From an uncultured bacterium (GTDB lineage Bacteria > Chloroflexota > UBA5177 > JANWHV01): a stretch of 64,000 nucleotides of DNA. The notes beneath the pieces are model-generated. The model was given only the letters and a program-made list of their open reading frames with translations. It did not search any database and was not told where the DNA came from. The position numbers and the translations under genes were made by a program. The stretch spans positions 992,001 to 1,056,000 of the forward strand of contig CAWHAE010000016.1 in the NCBI GenBank assembly GCA_963827235.1, in the 5' to 3' direction. Below, piece after piece: positions 28,943 to 39,415 of this stretch (the stretch's first letter is position 1; the number at the start of each line of letters is the position of its first letter).

Positions 28943-29488
28943 ATGGACATGCATCGCGCCATAACCCTGGCTCTAGTCTTGCTGTCTGTTCTCGGCTACA
29001 CCCTGCCAGCCGCGGCAGAACCATGGCGCCTCTACGACAACAGCACATTCGGCTACAGTCTCTCCTACCCAACCGACTGGCGGCAGATCAGTCAATCGAG
29101 CGTCGATCTCGAGCTGAAGAGCGCAGATTCCGGCGCGACCTTTATCGCCCACGCCGAAAGCACGACGAGCGTGCCAAAGCTTGCCGATTTACGAGGGGCA
29201 GTGAGCAGTATGCTGTACGCTGCCGGCGTGCCGAAAGCCGACGCCATCCACTACACGACCCAGGTGCTGCATCGCGTGACGTTTGCTGCAGGCAGCGTCG
29301 ACGTGCGGGGCAGCGGGAAAGCCGGCACCGTCGATGGGCTGGTGGCATACCGTGCTCACGCCATGTATTTCTTCGCCGCGTCATTGGTCAGATCGATCAA
29401 CGGCAAACCACTCCCGGCTGCCACTGCCCAGGCACGCGTGCTGCAGCGCATGGAGGCCAGCATCACCGTCGCGGGACCCAACAGGTGA
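28943..29488 (+). CDS. Secreted PsbP-like fold protein
   Basis: Signal peptide ending AAA, then WRLYDNSTFGYSLSYPTDW; ends LQRMEASITV. Both motifs are typical of PsbP/Mog1-like domains. Confidence 0.6.
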   Translation: MDMHRAITLALVLLSVLGYTLPAAAEPWRLYDNSTFGYSLSYPTDWRQISQSSVDLELKSADSGATFIAHAESTTSVPKLADLRGAVSSMLYAAGVPKADAIHYTTQVLHRVTFAAGSVDVRGSGKAGTVDGLVAYRAHAMYFFAASLVRSINGKPLPAATAQARVLQRMEASITVAGPNR

Positions 29489-29882
29489 GTTCAACCCTGT
29501 CCAGGGAGACGGAATCCAGGGGCGTATATTCGACGGACGCGTCCCTTGCTGGTCAGCTCTCAGCTCTTTGAGGTGCGCATGCGATTTGCACACTTCAACA
29601 ATCGGCCGAGGATTCCGTTCCTGGGGATCCCCTGGCATCCGCCAGGGTATACCATTCCCTGCCTCAGGCTTCAGTTTGACGTCGAGTAGCTAGAGCTCGC
29701 CCTCCGCAGGGCCCGAACCACTGCCTCGACGTACACGACACGTCTATCACTATTCAGAAGCGCAACCATTGGCACGGCGAGCGGTGGCACGGTCTGCGGT
29801 CGCGAGGGGCCGGGCCAGTGCACTGGGCAGCTGGCGGGCGGCGACGCCGTGGCGGCGGTGGCCAGTGCTTTGGGAGGTTGCT

Positions 29883-30920
29883 CTACCGGCGGCGGAACGC
29901 GGCATTCAGCGCGGTAGTGCCGAAGTTCCACATGTTGTCGGCCAAGTTGATCGTGACCCCTGGGGGAACGATCTGGTCGATGTGGTCGAGCACATCGCCT
30001 GACAGGTCGATCCCGTCGGCGGCGAGATAGCCGTCCAGGTGCTCCATGGTACGCGGGCCGATGATCGCGGAGGTGACCGCCGGGTGGCGGGTGACGAACG
30101 CGATCGCCATCTGGATGAGGGTCAGCCCGGCCTCGTCGGCAAGCGTGCCGAGCGCGTCGGCGGCGGCGAGCTTCGCGGCGTTCGACGGGTCGTTCGCGTC
30201 ATAGCGCCCTGGTGAGCGCGGCAACCGCGCGGCTGAGCCTGGCCCTCCGGCCTCCCGGCCCTTGCGGTAGTTGCCCGACAGCCAGCCCCCGGCCAGTGGG
30301 CTGTAGGTCATGACGCCCATCCCGTGGCGCAGGCAAGTCGGCAGCACGTCGTATTCAATCGCCCGGGTCAGCAGGGAGTAGGGAGGCTGCTCGGTACGAA
30401 ACCGTCCGTGCCCACGGCGCTCGGCGACCCACTGAGCCTCCACGATCTGGGAGGCGGGGACCTTCGAGGCGCCGAAGGAGCGGATCTTGCCGGCGCGCAC
30501 GAGGTCGGACAGGGCGCCGAGCGTCTCGTCGATATCGGTGTTCTGATCGGGAACGCCCACCTGGTAGAGGTCGATCCAGTCGGTCTGCAGCCGGCGCAGT
30601 GAGCCCTCGACCCCTTCGGTGATCCACCGACGCGACGCGCCGCGGTGGTTGGGATCCTCGTCGAAAGGAGGGCCGAACTTGACGGCGAGCACCACCTTCT
30701 CGCGCCGTCCGCCTGCCAGCGCTTTGCCCACGATCTGCTCCGACTCGCCGGCGGAGTAGCCATCGGCGGTGTCGATAAAGTTGATCCCGGCGTCCAGCGC
30801 CTTGTGGATGATCCGGACCGAGTCGTCGTGATCGGGGTTGCCGAGAGCGCCAAACATCATCGCGCCCAGGCACATCTGGCTGACGGAGACGCCGGTGCGT
30901 CCCAGGGGTCGGTAGTCCAT
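29883..30920 (-). CDS. Aldo/keto reductase
   Basis: [51 protein letters not shown]. Confidence 0.95.
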   Translation of the reverse strand: MDYRPLGRTGVSVSQMCLGAMMFGALGNPDHDDSVRIIHKALDAGINFIDTADGYSAGESEQIVGKALAGGRREKVVLAVKFGPPFDEDPNHRGASRRWITEGVEGSLRRLQTDWIDLYQVGVPDQNTDIDETLGALSDLVRAGKIRSFGASKVPASQIVEAQWVAERRGHGRFRTEQPPYSLLTRAIEYDVLPTCLRHGMGVMTYSPLAGGWLSGNYRKGREAGGPGSAARLPRSPGRYDANDPSNAAKLAAADALGTLADEAGLTLIQMAIAFVTRHPAVTSAIIGPRTMEHLDGYLAADGIDLSGDVLDHIDQIVPPGVTINLADNMWNFGTTALNAAFRRR

Positions 30921-30984
30921 GGTGAGCCTCCTGGTGTGGCCGCGAGCGACTCGCGGCGGGTAGAATAGGAGTGGATGCGACAGG

Positions 30985-31032
30985 CGGATAACCTGTCCAT
31001 TTCACTGTAGCGGATAACGGATAGCCTGTCCA
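30985..31032. promoter_or_regulatory. Two TetR operator-like boxes in the AKR/TetR divergent region
   Basis: CGGATAACCTGTCCA (30985-30999) and CGGATAGCCTGTCCA (31018-31032), each an imperfect GGA..TCC palindrome. Confidence 0.7.
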
Positions 31033-31044
31033 CTTGGAGCGCAG

Positions 31045-31626
31045 ATGCCTCTGGACCAGGTGCCATCACCGATCAGACGTGCCGATGCCGCGCGCAACCG
31101 TGACAAGATCCTCGTTGCCGCCCGCTCCGCGTTCGCCGATCCCGAGGCTGAGGTGTCGATGGCCGAGGTCTCCCGTCGCGCGGGCGTCGGCATGGCGACG
31201 CTCTACCGCAACTTCCCCGGCCGCCAGGAGCTGCTCGAGGCCCTCTACGTCGACGAGGTCAACGCCGTGTGCGAGGCCGCCAAGACTGTCGAGGGCGAGA
31301 CGCCCGGAGCGGTGCTCATGACCTGGCTGCAGCGGTTCTTCGCCTTTGCCACCAGCAAGCGCCACGTCGCCTCCGAGCTGCTCAAAGACTCCGAAGACAG
31401 CAACCCCGTCTTTGGCCAAGGCCGCGCCCGCGTGCTCGCCGCCGGCCGACCGCTCCTCGTCGCCGCACAGCGCGCGCACGAAGTCCGCGACGACCTCACG
31501 CTCGAACAGGTCCTCGACATGATCGTCGCCCTCGCCTCGATCCACGGCGAGTCGGACTACCTCGAGCCAATCTTGCAGACCGCACTCGACGGCCTGCGGC
31601 CACCGGCCGATGTGAAGCCCGCGTAG
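31045..31626 (+). CDS. TetR/AcrR family regulator
   Basis: RADAARNR...SMAEVSRRAGVGMATLYRNFP. Confidence 0.93.
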   Translation: MPLDQVPSPIRRADAARNRDKILVAARSAFADPEAEVSMAEVSRRAGVGMATLYRNFPGRQELLEALYVDEVNAVCEAAKTVEGETPGAVLMTWLQRFFAFATSKRHVASELLKDSEDSNPVFGQGRARVLAAGRPLLVAAQRAHEVRDDLTLEQVLDMIVALASIHGESDYLEPILQTALDGLRPPADVKPA

Positions 31627-31775
31627 GACGAGCTGGCACTGGCACTCGCATGCCGGTCCGAATCAAGCGTGAACTGTGTCGTGACCGGACAGGCGCAGGT
31701 GCGAAGCCTACCCCGTAAGGACTTCCGGTGAAGACGGAAGCCACGGAAGAATGCCACTGACGCGCCGGAATCCTG

Positions 31776-31804
31776 TTGACTGACTAGCCACTCTCTTATA
31801 TACT
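31776..31804 (+). promoter_or_regulatory. Sigma70-type promoter overlapped by a TGACTGACTAG operator-like box
   Basis: TTGACT-N17-TATACT; TGACTGACTAG at 31777-31787 recurs at 32416-32426. Confidence 0.7.
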
Positions 31805-31830
31805 GGCCTTGTAGCTGAGGAACAAGAAGC

Positions 31831-32397
31831 ATGGCCAGACCGAGAAGCGACGACAAACGGCGCGCGATCATGGCGGCGGCGATCCGCGTCATCGCCTGCC
31901 AGGGGCTGGGCGCGCCGACGGCAACGATCGCAAGGGAGGCAGGCGTGTCGAATGGGTCGCTCTTCACCTACTTCGACACGAAGGCCGACTTGTTGAACCA
32001 GCTCTACGTGGACCTCAAATCGGAGATGGGCGCGGCAGCCCTGCACGGACTGCCAACCGAGGGCGACATCCGTACGCAGATGCGCTCGATGTGGACCCAC
32101 TGGCTGCGCTGGGCGACGTCCTGCCCCGAGAAGCGCCGGACGCTCGCGCAGCTCGACGTGTCGGACGAGATTACCGCGGAGAGCCATCAGACGGCGAGTG
32201 ACGCGCTCGTTGGCGTCAAGCAGCTGCTGGAACGGAGCCGCGAACACGGACCGATGCACGATGCTCCGCTGGGCTTTGCCGTTGCCCTGATGAGCGCGCT
32301 GGCGGATGCGACGGTCGACTTCATGATCGAGGACCCGGCCAATGCAGACAAACATTGCACGGCTGCCTTCGACGCCCTCTGGCGTATCGTCGACTGA
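31831..32397 (+). CDS. TetR/AcrR family regulator
   Basis: MARPRSDDKR...TATIAREAGVSNGSLFTYFDTK. Confidence 0.93.
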   Translation: MARPRSDDKRRAIMAAAIRVIACQGLGAPTATIAREAGVSNGSLFTYFDTKADLLNQLYVDLKSEMGAAALHGLPTEGDIRTQMRSMWTHWLRWATSCPEKRRTLAQLDVSDEITAESHQTASDALVGVKQLLERSREHGPMHDAPLGFAVALMSALADATVDFMIEDPANADKHCTAAFDALWRIVD

Positions 32398-32415
32398 TTC
32401 TCTTGTACCCATTAA

Positions 32416-32426
32416 TGACTGACTAG
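32416..32426. promoter_or_regulatory. Second copy of the TetR operator-like box, upstream of the SDR
   Basis: Identical 11-mer TGACTGACTAG to 31777-31787. Confidence 0.6.
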
Positions 32427-32450
32427 ACGTACAATTAAGGAGTGGTAGCT

Positions 32451-33380
32451 ATGTCAAATCCTATTGTGGAGAGTCGATCAGATCGCAAGGCGTATATCAT
32501 CACCGGCCCGACCTCCGGCATAGGCCGCCGCACAGCATTCGAGTTGGCCAAGCACGGCACAGTCGTTTTGGTCGGCCGTGATCGCCGAAAGCTCGACGAG
32601 GTGCAGAAGGCCATCGAGCAAAAGCACCAGCACGCGGTTTCGGTGGTGTGCGACTTATCGGATATGGCGAGCGTGCGGCATGCAGCCACGGAGATCATCG
32701 CGCTCCAGCTTTCGATAGCCGGCCTGCTCAACAACGCGGGCACCGGCGCGATGCGCGCGACGAAGAACGAACTGGGCTGGGACACGACGTTCGCCACGAA
32801 CCACCTCGGACCCTTCGCGCTGACCGAGGCGCTCATACCTTCTCTCCCCGACGGCACGAACGTCGTCTTTGTCGCCTCCGGCGTGGAGGATCCCGAGCGC
32901 AGACCCGCCAGGGTCGCCGGGTTCCGCGGCGGTCGCTATATCTCCGCAGCGGCGAGCGCGCGTGGCGAGTGGAAGCCCGGCGGCTCCAAGGTGCCGGGTG
33001 GGGATGCCTACGCCACGTCGAAACAGGCCATCCTCGCCGCGGCAATGGCGTTCGCCCGTGAGACCCCGCGATTGCGATTTAACGCGGTCGAGCCGGGCTT
33101 CACGCCGAACACCGGCCTCGTGCGCGATGCCCCCGGCTACCTGCGTTTTCTGGCGAACTACATCCTTCCCCTGCTTGCGCCCTTCATAAAGTATTGGAGC
33201 AGCCCGAAGCGAGCCGCGCGCGTGACTACTCAAGTCCTGATCGATGCATCCGGTCAGACCGGCATCTACTACGACGACGGCGGCCGTCCGATGCTCGGTT
33301 CCGCGCTCGTGCGCGACCCGCAGTTCCAGGATCGCGTCGTCGCCGAGACGCGTGCCTTGCTGTCAACGACTCCAACATAA
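32451..33380 (+). CDS. SDR family oxidoreductase (retinol dehydrogenase-like)
   Basis: TGPTSGIG, NNAG, FATNHLGPF, YATSK; AAGGAG RBS. Confidence 0.9.
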   Translation: MSNPIVESRSDRKAYIITGPTSGIGRRTAFELAKHGTVVLVGRDRRKLDEVQKAIEQKHQHAVSVVCDLSDMASVRHAATEIIALQLSIAGLLNNAGTGAMRATKNELGWDTTFATNHLGPFALTEALIPSLPDGTNVVFVASGVEDPERRPARVAGFRGGRYISAAASARGEWKPGGSKVPGGDAYATSKQAILAAAMAFARETPRLRFNAVEPGFTPNTGLVRDAPGYLRFLANYILPLLAPFIKYWSSPKRAARVTTQVLIDASGQTGIYYDDGGRPMLGSALVRDPQFQDRVVAETRALLSTTPT

Positions 33381-33475
33381 AGCGAGCTGTAGCGCCGGCT
33401 CTTCGAGTGATCGCTCGGGGAGCCGGCGCAGTCCATCTCACCTACATGACGCAATCAGCCCAAGGAAGGTCCAAC

Positions 33476-34260
33476 ATGAATCAACCAGCTAGCTCGCCGC
33501 ACCAAGGCCGTGACGGCTGCACGCGGTAGGCACTCGTCACCGGCGCATCCACCGGCATCGGCCGGGCCTTTGGCCTACGGCTCGGCGCCGAGGGCTACGA
33601 CCTCGTTGTCGTCGGCCGTCGCCGCGATCGGCTCCAAGATCTCATCGCCACACTCCCAGACGTCAAAGTTCTTCCCCTGGTCGCCGACCTTGGCACCAAT
33701 ACCGGTGTGGAGGCGGTGGCCGACGTGTGTGCTCGCGAGGAGCTCACCATGCTCGTCGACAACGCCGGCGTCGCGCACTACATGCCGTTCACTGAGCTGC
33801 CGGCCGACAAGGCGATGGAACTTCACTACGTGAAGGTCATCGCTCCGACGATGCTGGCCCGAGCCACGGCCCCCGGCATGGTGGCGAGACGTGAAGGGAC
33901 CATCATCAACGTGTCGGGTATGCTCGCGTTCAGCGGACCGGCGCCCATGGAAAGGCTGCCGCTTCGCCGGGCCGTGTACACGGGATCGCTGGCCCACATC
34001 GTCGCGCTCTCGCAAGCGCTGCGCGAAGAGCTGAGGTCCCAGAGCCCGCGGATACAGGCGCTCTGCCCGCGGGTGGTCGCGACAAAGCTCCACGAACGTC
34101 AAGGGCTCGACCTCAGCGCTGTGCCTTGCATGTCGGCGGACGACGTCGTGACCGCGGGCCTGCGAGGGCTCGCAGTCGGCGAGGTCCTCTGCGCTCCCGG
34201 CGTCGAGCGGTCCGATCTGCTCGACGCGCGTGTTGGGCAGCGCCGACCTGCACGCAAGCC
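33476..34260 (+). pseudogene. SDR pseudogene
   Basis: ATG at 33476; in-frame TAG at 33527-33529 just before ALVTGASTGIG; YTGSL instead of YxxxK; C-terminus frameshifted/truncated near 34230. Confidence 0.75.
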
Positions 34261-34262
34261 TC

Positions 34263-34778
34263 TCAGCAGTCGAACACCGACCAGCAGATGGCGTTGCGCA
34301 ACCGCTGATCATCCAGGACCAGCTCGCGGATCGCCTCAGGGAGCTGGTCGCGCTGCCATCGGCACTCCAGCCGACCTGCCCTCTCACCCTCACCCGCAGG
34401 GGCGGCTGCCCGCACCGCCTTGATCGCGTAGGCCGCCGCTCCGAGCTCGTGCGCGGCGACGTGCGCCACCGCCGCGGCTTGACCGGCAGCATACGCGGCA
34501 TGGCGCGCCGCGCCGCGCAGATCCCTCGCGGCCCCCATCGCATGGCCGGCCGCCGTGCGAGCCTGAGTCATCGTGATCTCGCCGCGCACCCAGGCCCGAG
34601 CCTGCGCGATCGCCTGGCGAGGCCGCGGGTCTGCAGAGTGCGCCGACTCGAACAGATGCAGGACGTGGTCCGCACACGCTGCGGCCCACAGGGCGAGCAG
34701 CTGATGGTCGGCGTCTGTGAGCGTCCCACCGCGGCGGATGGTGATGAAGCGAGGGTCGCGGTCTTCCGGGAGGATCAC
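34263..34778 (-). CDS. Imm5-like putative immunity protein
   Basis: LALWAAACADHVLHLFE...DPRPRQAI...AWVRGE...AAGQAAAVAHVAAH...ECRWQ; GTG start. Confidence 0.75.
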   Translation of the reverse strand: MILPEDRDPRFITIRRGGTLTDADHQLLALWAAACADHVLHLFESAHSADPRPRQAIAQARAWVRGEITMTQARTAAGHAMGAARDLRGAARHAAYAAGQAAAVAHVAAHELGAAAYAIKAVRAAAPAGEGERAGRLECRWQRDQLPEAIRELVLDDQRLRNAICWSVFDC

Positions 34779-34905
34779 GGCTGTACCCTTCTGCATGCAT
34801 CTGCCCGACGGCCAGAGGGTGCAGCCGCCGGCCAGGAGCACAGGTTCGATCGGTCGGTACGGCCGTCAGCATGTGCCGATGTGCCCAGCACCAAGACGGG
34901 CTTAG

Positions 34906-35340
34906 TCAGTCATACGAATACCCGGCGAAAAAGAGCTCCTTGGGTTTCCCGTCCTCGTACACGGCGCAGCACATGCCCTGCCCTCTTTCGATATCCTCCC
35001 AGAACTCGGCCTGCTCGATGTCCAGGTGGGTGGGCTGCGTGGTGCCGAAGTAGTGCTGCAATTCCATTGGCGACAATCGCTTTGCCACGCCGTAATCCGC
35101 TGCATCGCCGACACGGTCCATATCGAGGATCGACCTGGTTCCGTCGGCATCGGCCAGCTCACGTGCCTCCTCGATCGTCGAGGGACGCTCCTCGACGGTC
35201 AGCGCGCGTCCGTACGTACCCTCGTACTCACTGACCGGATTGTAGCGGCCCGCCGTGAATTCCCGTTCGCGCAAGTGTTCCAGCGCACTCTGGAAATCGG
35301 GCACATAGGGTACAAAGTAGCTCCACGGCTCTGCTCCCAT
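34906..35340 (-). CDS. Hypothetical acidic protein
   Basis: GAAGGAGA RBS; MGAEPWSYFVPY...GTRSILD...FFAGYSYD; GC-rich codon usage. Confidence 0.75.
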   Translation of the reverse strand: MGAEPWSYFVPYVPDFQSALEHLREREFTAGRYNPVSEYEGTYGRALTVEERPSTIEEARELADADGTRSILDMDRVGDAADYGVAKRLSPMELQHYFGTTQPTHLDIEQAEFWEDIERGQGMCCAVYEDGKPKELFFAGYSYD

Positions 35341-35550
35341 GTCTGTCTCCTTCGGAGATGCGCACTCTCCACTGCGATGTACATCGACTCTGCCACCTAT
35401 TCTGGCACAGAGCTGCCCGCTTCAATCCATCGGCGTTGAGTAGTGTGTGCGGTTGGCGAGGTTTGCTGTGGCGTGATGGCAACCGAGTAGACGGCAACTG
35501 CGAACGGCGGTAGCACTGAAGTACTGTCCTTCTCGTGCCGAGACGCCACT

Positions 35551-36579
35551 ATGCAGATTGAAGACGCAACTGAGCGCGCGGCCACGACCGCGCCGCTGTC
35601 ATCTCCTGCCTCGCCGCGTGCCGCGGCGCGGGCGGCTGGCCGTGCTCTGCGACGCCAGCTCGCCGAGGCCGAGGACGACGGCTACTTCGGCCTGGGCAGC
35701 GCCATGTGGCGGCTGAGCCGCGAAGGCGTGGTCGGCCTGGGATTGGGCGGGCCTTGCCGCTCCAGCTGGCGCACCCGTGGGTCGCCCAGGCTATCGCCGA
35801 TCACAGCGCCTATCGTGCCCGGCCACTCGACCGACTCGTCGGTACCGTGACGGCCGCGGAGCTGCTCGTCTTCGGCAGTCGCCGCCAGGCCGACGAGATG
35901 GCCGCCACGCTCAATCGCATGCACGCGCGCATTCGCGGCACCCTGCGCGAGGACATCGGCATCTGGAGCGCCGGCACGCCCTACCGCGCCGACGACCCCG
36001 ACGCCCTGCTCTGGGTGCTCGTCACCTTGCTGGACACCTCGATCTGCCTGTACGAGGCGTGCCTGCACCGGCTCGACGACGGCACCGTGCGGGCCTTTCT
36101 GGCGGATGGCGCCCGCCTCGGCGCCATGCTGGGCGTGCCCGCGCACATGGTCCCCGGAGACCGTCGCGTGCTGGCCGGCTACATCGGGGAGATGATCGAA
36201 AGCAGGACCGTTCAGGTGAGTGCCACGGCCCGGACCGTCGCCGCGGACTTGGCGGCAGTCCCGGCGATGCCGGGGCTCGCCGGCCGGACCTACACGACCC
36301 TGACGAGCAGGGTAGCCGCCGTCACCCTGCCGGCGGCGCTTCGGGCGCAGTACGGCGCGCTCCTGCCGGCAGGGGGACCGGTGCAGCGCCTGGGCGCCGT
36401 CGCCAGCGCCAGCGGTGTTCTCGCGCCTGCCGGACCGGATGCGGCTGGACCCCCTGGCGGCGATTGCTATCCAGCGAGCTGGCCGCAGGTATCTCGCACA
36501 GCGACTGCCGGATACCCTGAGAACGTGGTGGCCGACGATTCCTGTGCGCGGGCACCCATGGGTGCCGCCGATGAGCTGA
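35551..36579 (+). pseudogene. Oxygenase MpaB/DUF2236 family pseudogene
   Basis: DDGYFGLGSAMWRL, then a frameshift near 35745 to RALPLQLAHP...YRADDPDALLWV; a second probable frameshift near 36400. Confidence 0.72.
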
Positions 36580-37399
36580 GGCGCGGCGCCGGACGAGCGC
36601 ATCTGCTGCTCACCTCTTTCAACGTCAACGGCCTGCGCGCCGCCATGAAGCGCGGACTCGCGGCCTGGATCGCAGAGACCACGCCGCACGTGCTCTGCCT
36701 GCAGGAGATCCGCATCGCGGCACCCCAGTTGACCGCGGCGTTTACCGCACCGCCCGGCTACCACTGCTACTGGAACCATGGCCAACGGCCGGGCTACAGC
36801 GGGACAGCGCTGCTTTCGCGTATCAAGCCCCTGTCCGTCCAGTTCGGCCTCTCTCCGCACGATGCCGATCCCGAGGGTCGAGTCATCATCGCGGAGTACG
36901 CGGACTTCACGCTCGTCAATTGCTACGTCCCCAGCGGCGCGGCGAGCCCTGCCCGCTTCGCCTGCAAGCTGGCCTTCTACGAGGCCGTCCTCACCGCCTG
37001 CACGGCGCTCCTCGACTCCGGCAGACACGTCATCGTCTGCGGCGCCGTGAACGCCGCGCACCAGCGGATCGACCTGGCCAACCCGCTGGCTACTGCGCGC
37101 AGCTCGGGTTCACGCCCCGCGAACGTGGCTGGATTGACCGGCTCCTCGGCTCAGGCTTCGTCGATACGTTCCGGCACCTGCATCCCGACCTTGGGCACCA
37201 ATATACCTGGTGGCCGGCCGGATGCAAGGAGCAGACGGCCGGATGGCGGCTGGACTACGTCTTCGCTTGGACCGGCTTGATCGGTCGGCTCGGAGGTGCC
37301 TTCATACTGCGCGAGGTGGCATGCAGCGATCACCGTCCGGTTGGCCTCTCGCTGGTGCTCGACGATGTAGCCTCTCCGAGCGCCACGCAGCAAACGTAG
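36558..37399 (+). pseudogene. xth: Exodeoxyribonuclease III pseudogene
   Basis: SFNVNGLRA, CLQE, GYSGTA, EGRVI; GAVN in place of the catalytic GDxN; frameshift near 37110; GWRLDY and SDHRPV lie in another frame. Confidence 0.85.
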
Positions 37400-37540
37400 C
37401 CCAAGGATGGGGTACACACATGAAGCATACGTCTGGCGAATGGGTTTCCTATCAGATCGTCTGTCGGCACACTTCGCCGGGAGTTCCCGTTCTCCCAGAG
37501 TCGGCAGCTGCTGCCGAATATGCGCCCGGCCTGCCACTGG

Positions 37541-38431
37541 TCAGGCGTTTTCCAGGTGATCTCGCATAGCGTGGACCTGCTGTGCGTAGGCAGTGACCCG
37601 AGCATCGAGATCGTGCGGATAGAGATATCCCAAATCGTCCGCCACCGACGTCGCCGCCTGTCGAAAGAGCGCTATCATTGCGAAGAGTGCATCCCAACTC
37701 TCCTCAAGGCTGGCTCCAGCATACGTGTGGGCCAGGCTGCTCCACATCTCAGATGTCAAGTGCCTCTTCAGCCCCTTTCCCAGCCATCCCATTGGCAGCG
37801 ACCAGTCATGGTCGCACTCTATCAGCCATTCCAGCATTCGGACGAGATACTTCTGCTTCATGTCGCAGTCCAGGCACTACTTGCCCGGCAGTAACTCGTC
37901 GCGCCACAGGCACTTCGCCACATAGGGAACGTCGCTGAAGAACTCCTCGATCCATTGCTGAAAGCCGTGCTCGGTTGGACGCGTCGGGATGTACGCGCGG
38001 TAGCTTGGCGGCTGCATACCCCGGCAGAGGAGGTCCTTATCCAGCGGTACGGTGTACCCGTCATCGAGCTCGGCGGGAAGCAGCGTGGTCTGCACGACCG
38101 CTCGAAGCAACTGCACTGGCCAGAGACGGAAGTCGAAATGCAACCCGTCGGCATACTGGATCACATTGCCTGTCTGCTCGATGCCGTGCTGCGGGTCGGC
38201 TTCAATCGGGTCCCAGTATGTCACCAGCACGCGCCCGAAGTCGGAGAGCCACGACCGCTCCGTGTAGAGCGCACGGATGTCCATCACCGCCAGCAGTACA
38301 TCGTAATCGGAGAACATGTCGACCCGCGCGGTTGGTTTGGCACGGCTGCTCATAAGCAGGACCGCACGCACGTCATTGCGCCCTATCGCCCACTCGACCA
38401 AGCGGCGAAGAACGTCAGCCGGCTCATCCAT
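37541..38431 (-). pseudogene. Aminoglycoside 6-adenylyltransferase (AadK/ANT(6)) family gene with a single amber stop
   Basis: VRAVLLMSSRA...DMFSDYDV, EEFF...YVAKCLWRDEL; TAG at 37877-37879; the same frame continues MKQKYLVRMLEW... Confidence 0.82.
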
Positions 38432-39272
38432 GATGTGCATCTCTTTCCGCAGTTGTCCGGAAGCGTTGCAGTATTGCGCGTGTCTGGGCATCTGGTAGGT
38501 GGGCTGTGACCCTGATGTCGGGGTTGCTGAACAACTGCAAGGTGACATGCTGGAACTCCAGGTGTCCCAGCACCGGGTGCTCGACGATTTTCGCGGCGTC
38601 CAGGAAGTTGCTCGCCTCGTGATGGGGCCACCAGCGACCAAAGTCAGGGCTGGCGTGTTTGAGATCCGCAATCAGTTCCTCAAACCAGGCATCACCGGGA
38701 TAGCGAGTGCTGGCGGCACGCAATTCCCCCAAGAGGCCTCGCGCCATCTGCTCCCAGTGCGCGAACTGCTCCCGTGCCGTCGGATTGGTAAAGAAGTGCC
38801 AGATCACATTGCGTGCATATGGCGGTGATGCGTCCGCTATGGCGAAGACGGCATCGGCAGCCTTGTTCCACGCCAGGTAGTCCCACCGCCGTCCGATGAC
38901 ACACGCCGGGGTCGGGTTGAGGTCATCGAGCAGCTGTTGCAGTGCCGGACTGACGGACTCCTCCGCTGGGAGGGCGGGCGCCGGCAGCGGTTGCCCCGCG
39001 AGCAGAAAGAGGTGCCGCCGTTCATTCACCGTGAGCCGGAGCGCTCGCGCAAGGCTTTCCAGCACCTGCGTCGAGGGATGCACATCACGTCCCTGCTCCA
39101 GCCAGACATACCAGGAGGCGCCAATACTGGCCAGTTGCGCGACTTCCTCGCGGCGCAGCCCCGGCGTGCGCCGACGGATACCAGGTGGCAATCCCACATC
39201 GCTCGGAGCAAGGCGTGCGCGCCGCTGGCGTAGAAAAGCGGCGAGAGCCTGGTGACGTTCGCTCTTCTGCAT
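38424..39272 (-). CDS. XRE family regulator with MmyB-like ligand-binding domain
   Basis: RRRTPGLRREEVAQLA...WLEQGR; WDYLAWN; HPVLGHLEF. Confidence 0.93.
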   Translation of the reverse strand: MQKSERHQALAAFLRQRRARLAPSDVGLPPGIRRRTPGLRREEVAQLASIGASWYVWLEQGRDVHPSTQVLESLARALRLTVNERRHLFLLAGQPLPAPALPAEESVSPALQQLLDDLNPTPACVIGRRWDYLAWNKAADAVFAIADASPPYARNVIWHFFTNPTAREQFAHWEQMARGLLGELRAASTRYPGDAWFEELIADLKHASPDFGRWWPHHEASNFLDAAKIVEHPVLGHLEFQHVTLQLFSNPDIRVTAHLPDAQTRAILQRFRTTAERDAHHG

Positions 39273-39415
39273 CGCAGCTCCCTTCTTAACCTGGTGGTAG
39301 CAGACCTATGACCAAGAAACACTGGTCCTGGTATCCGAGATAAAGCATACTCACGAGGAGCATCAACGTCACGATTGCATCCATACGGTCACACGAGAGC
39401 GAAGGAGCGTTCGCC

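Noticed and set aside
35706-37280. Apparent MpaB-oxygenase/exonuclease III fusion (524-aa ORF)
   Set aside because: Both halves are frameshifted. A plausible MpaB C-terminus (RLPDRMRLDPLAA) lies in another frame ending at 36579, so the fusion is probably a frameshift by-product.
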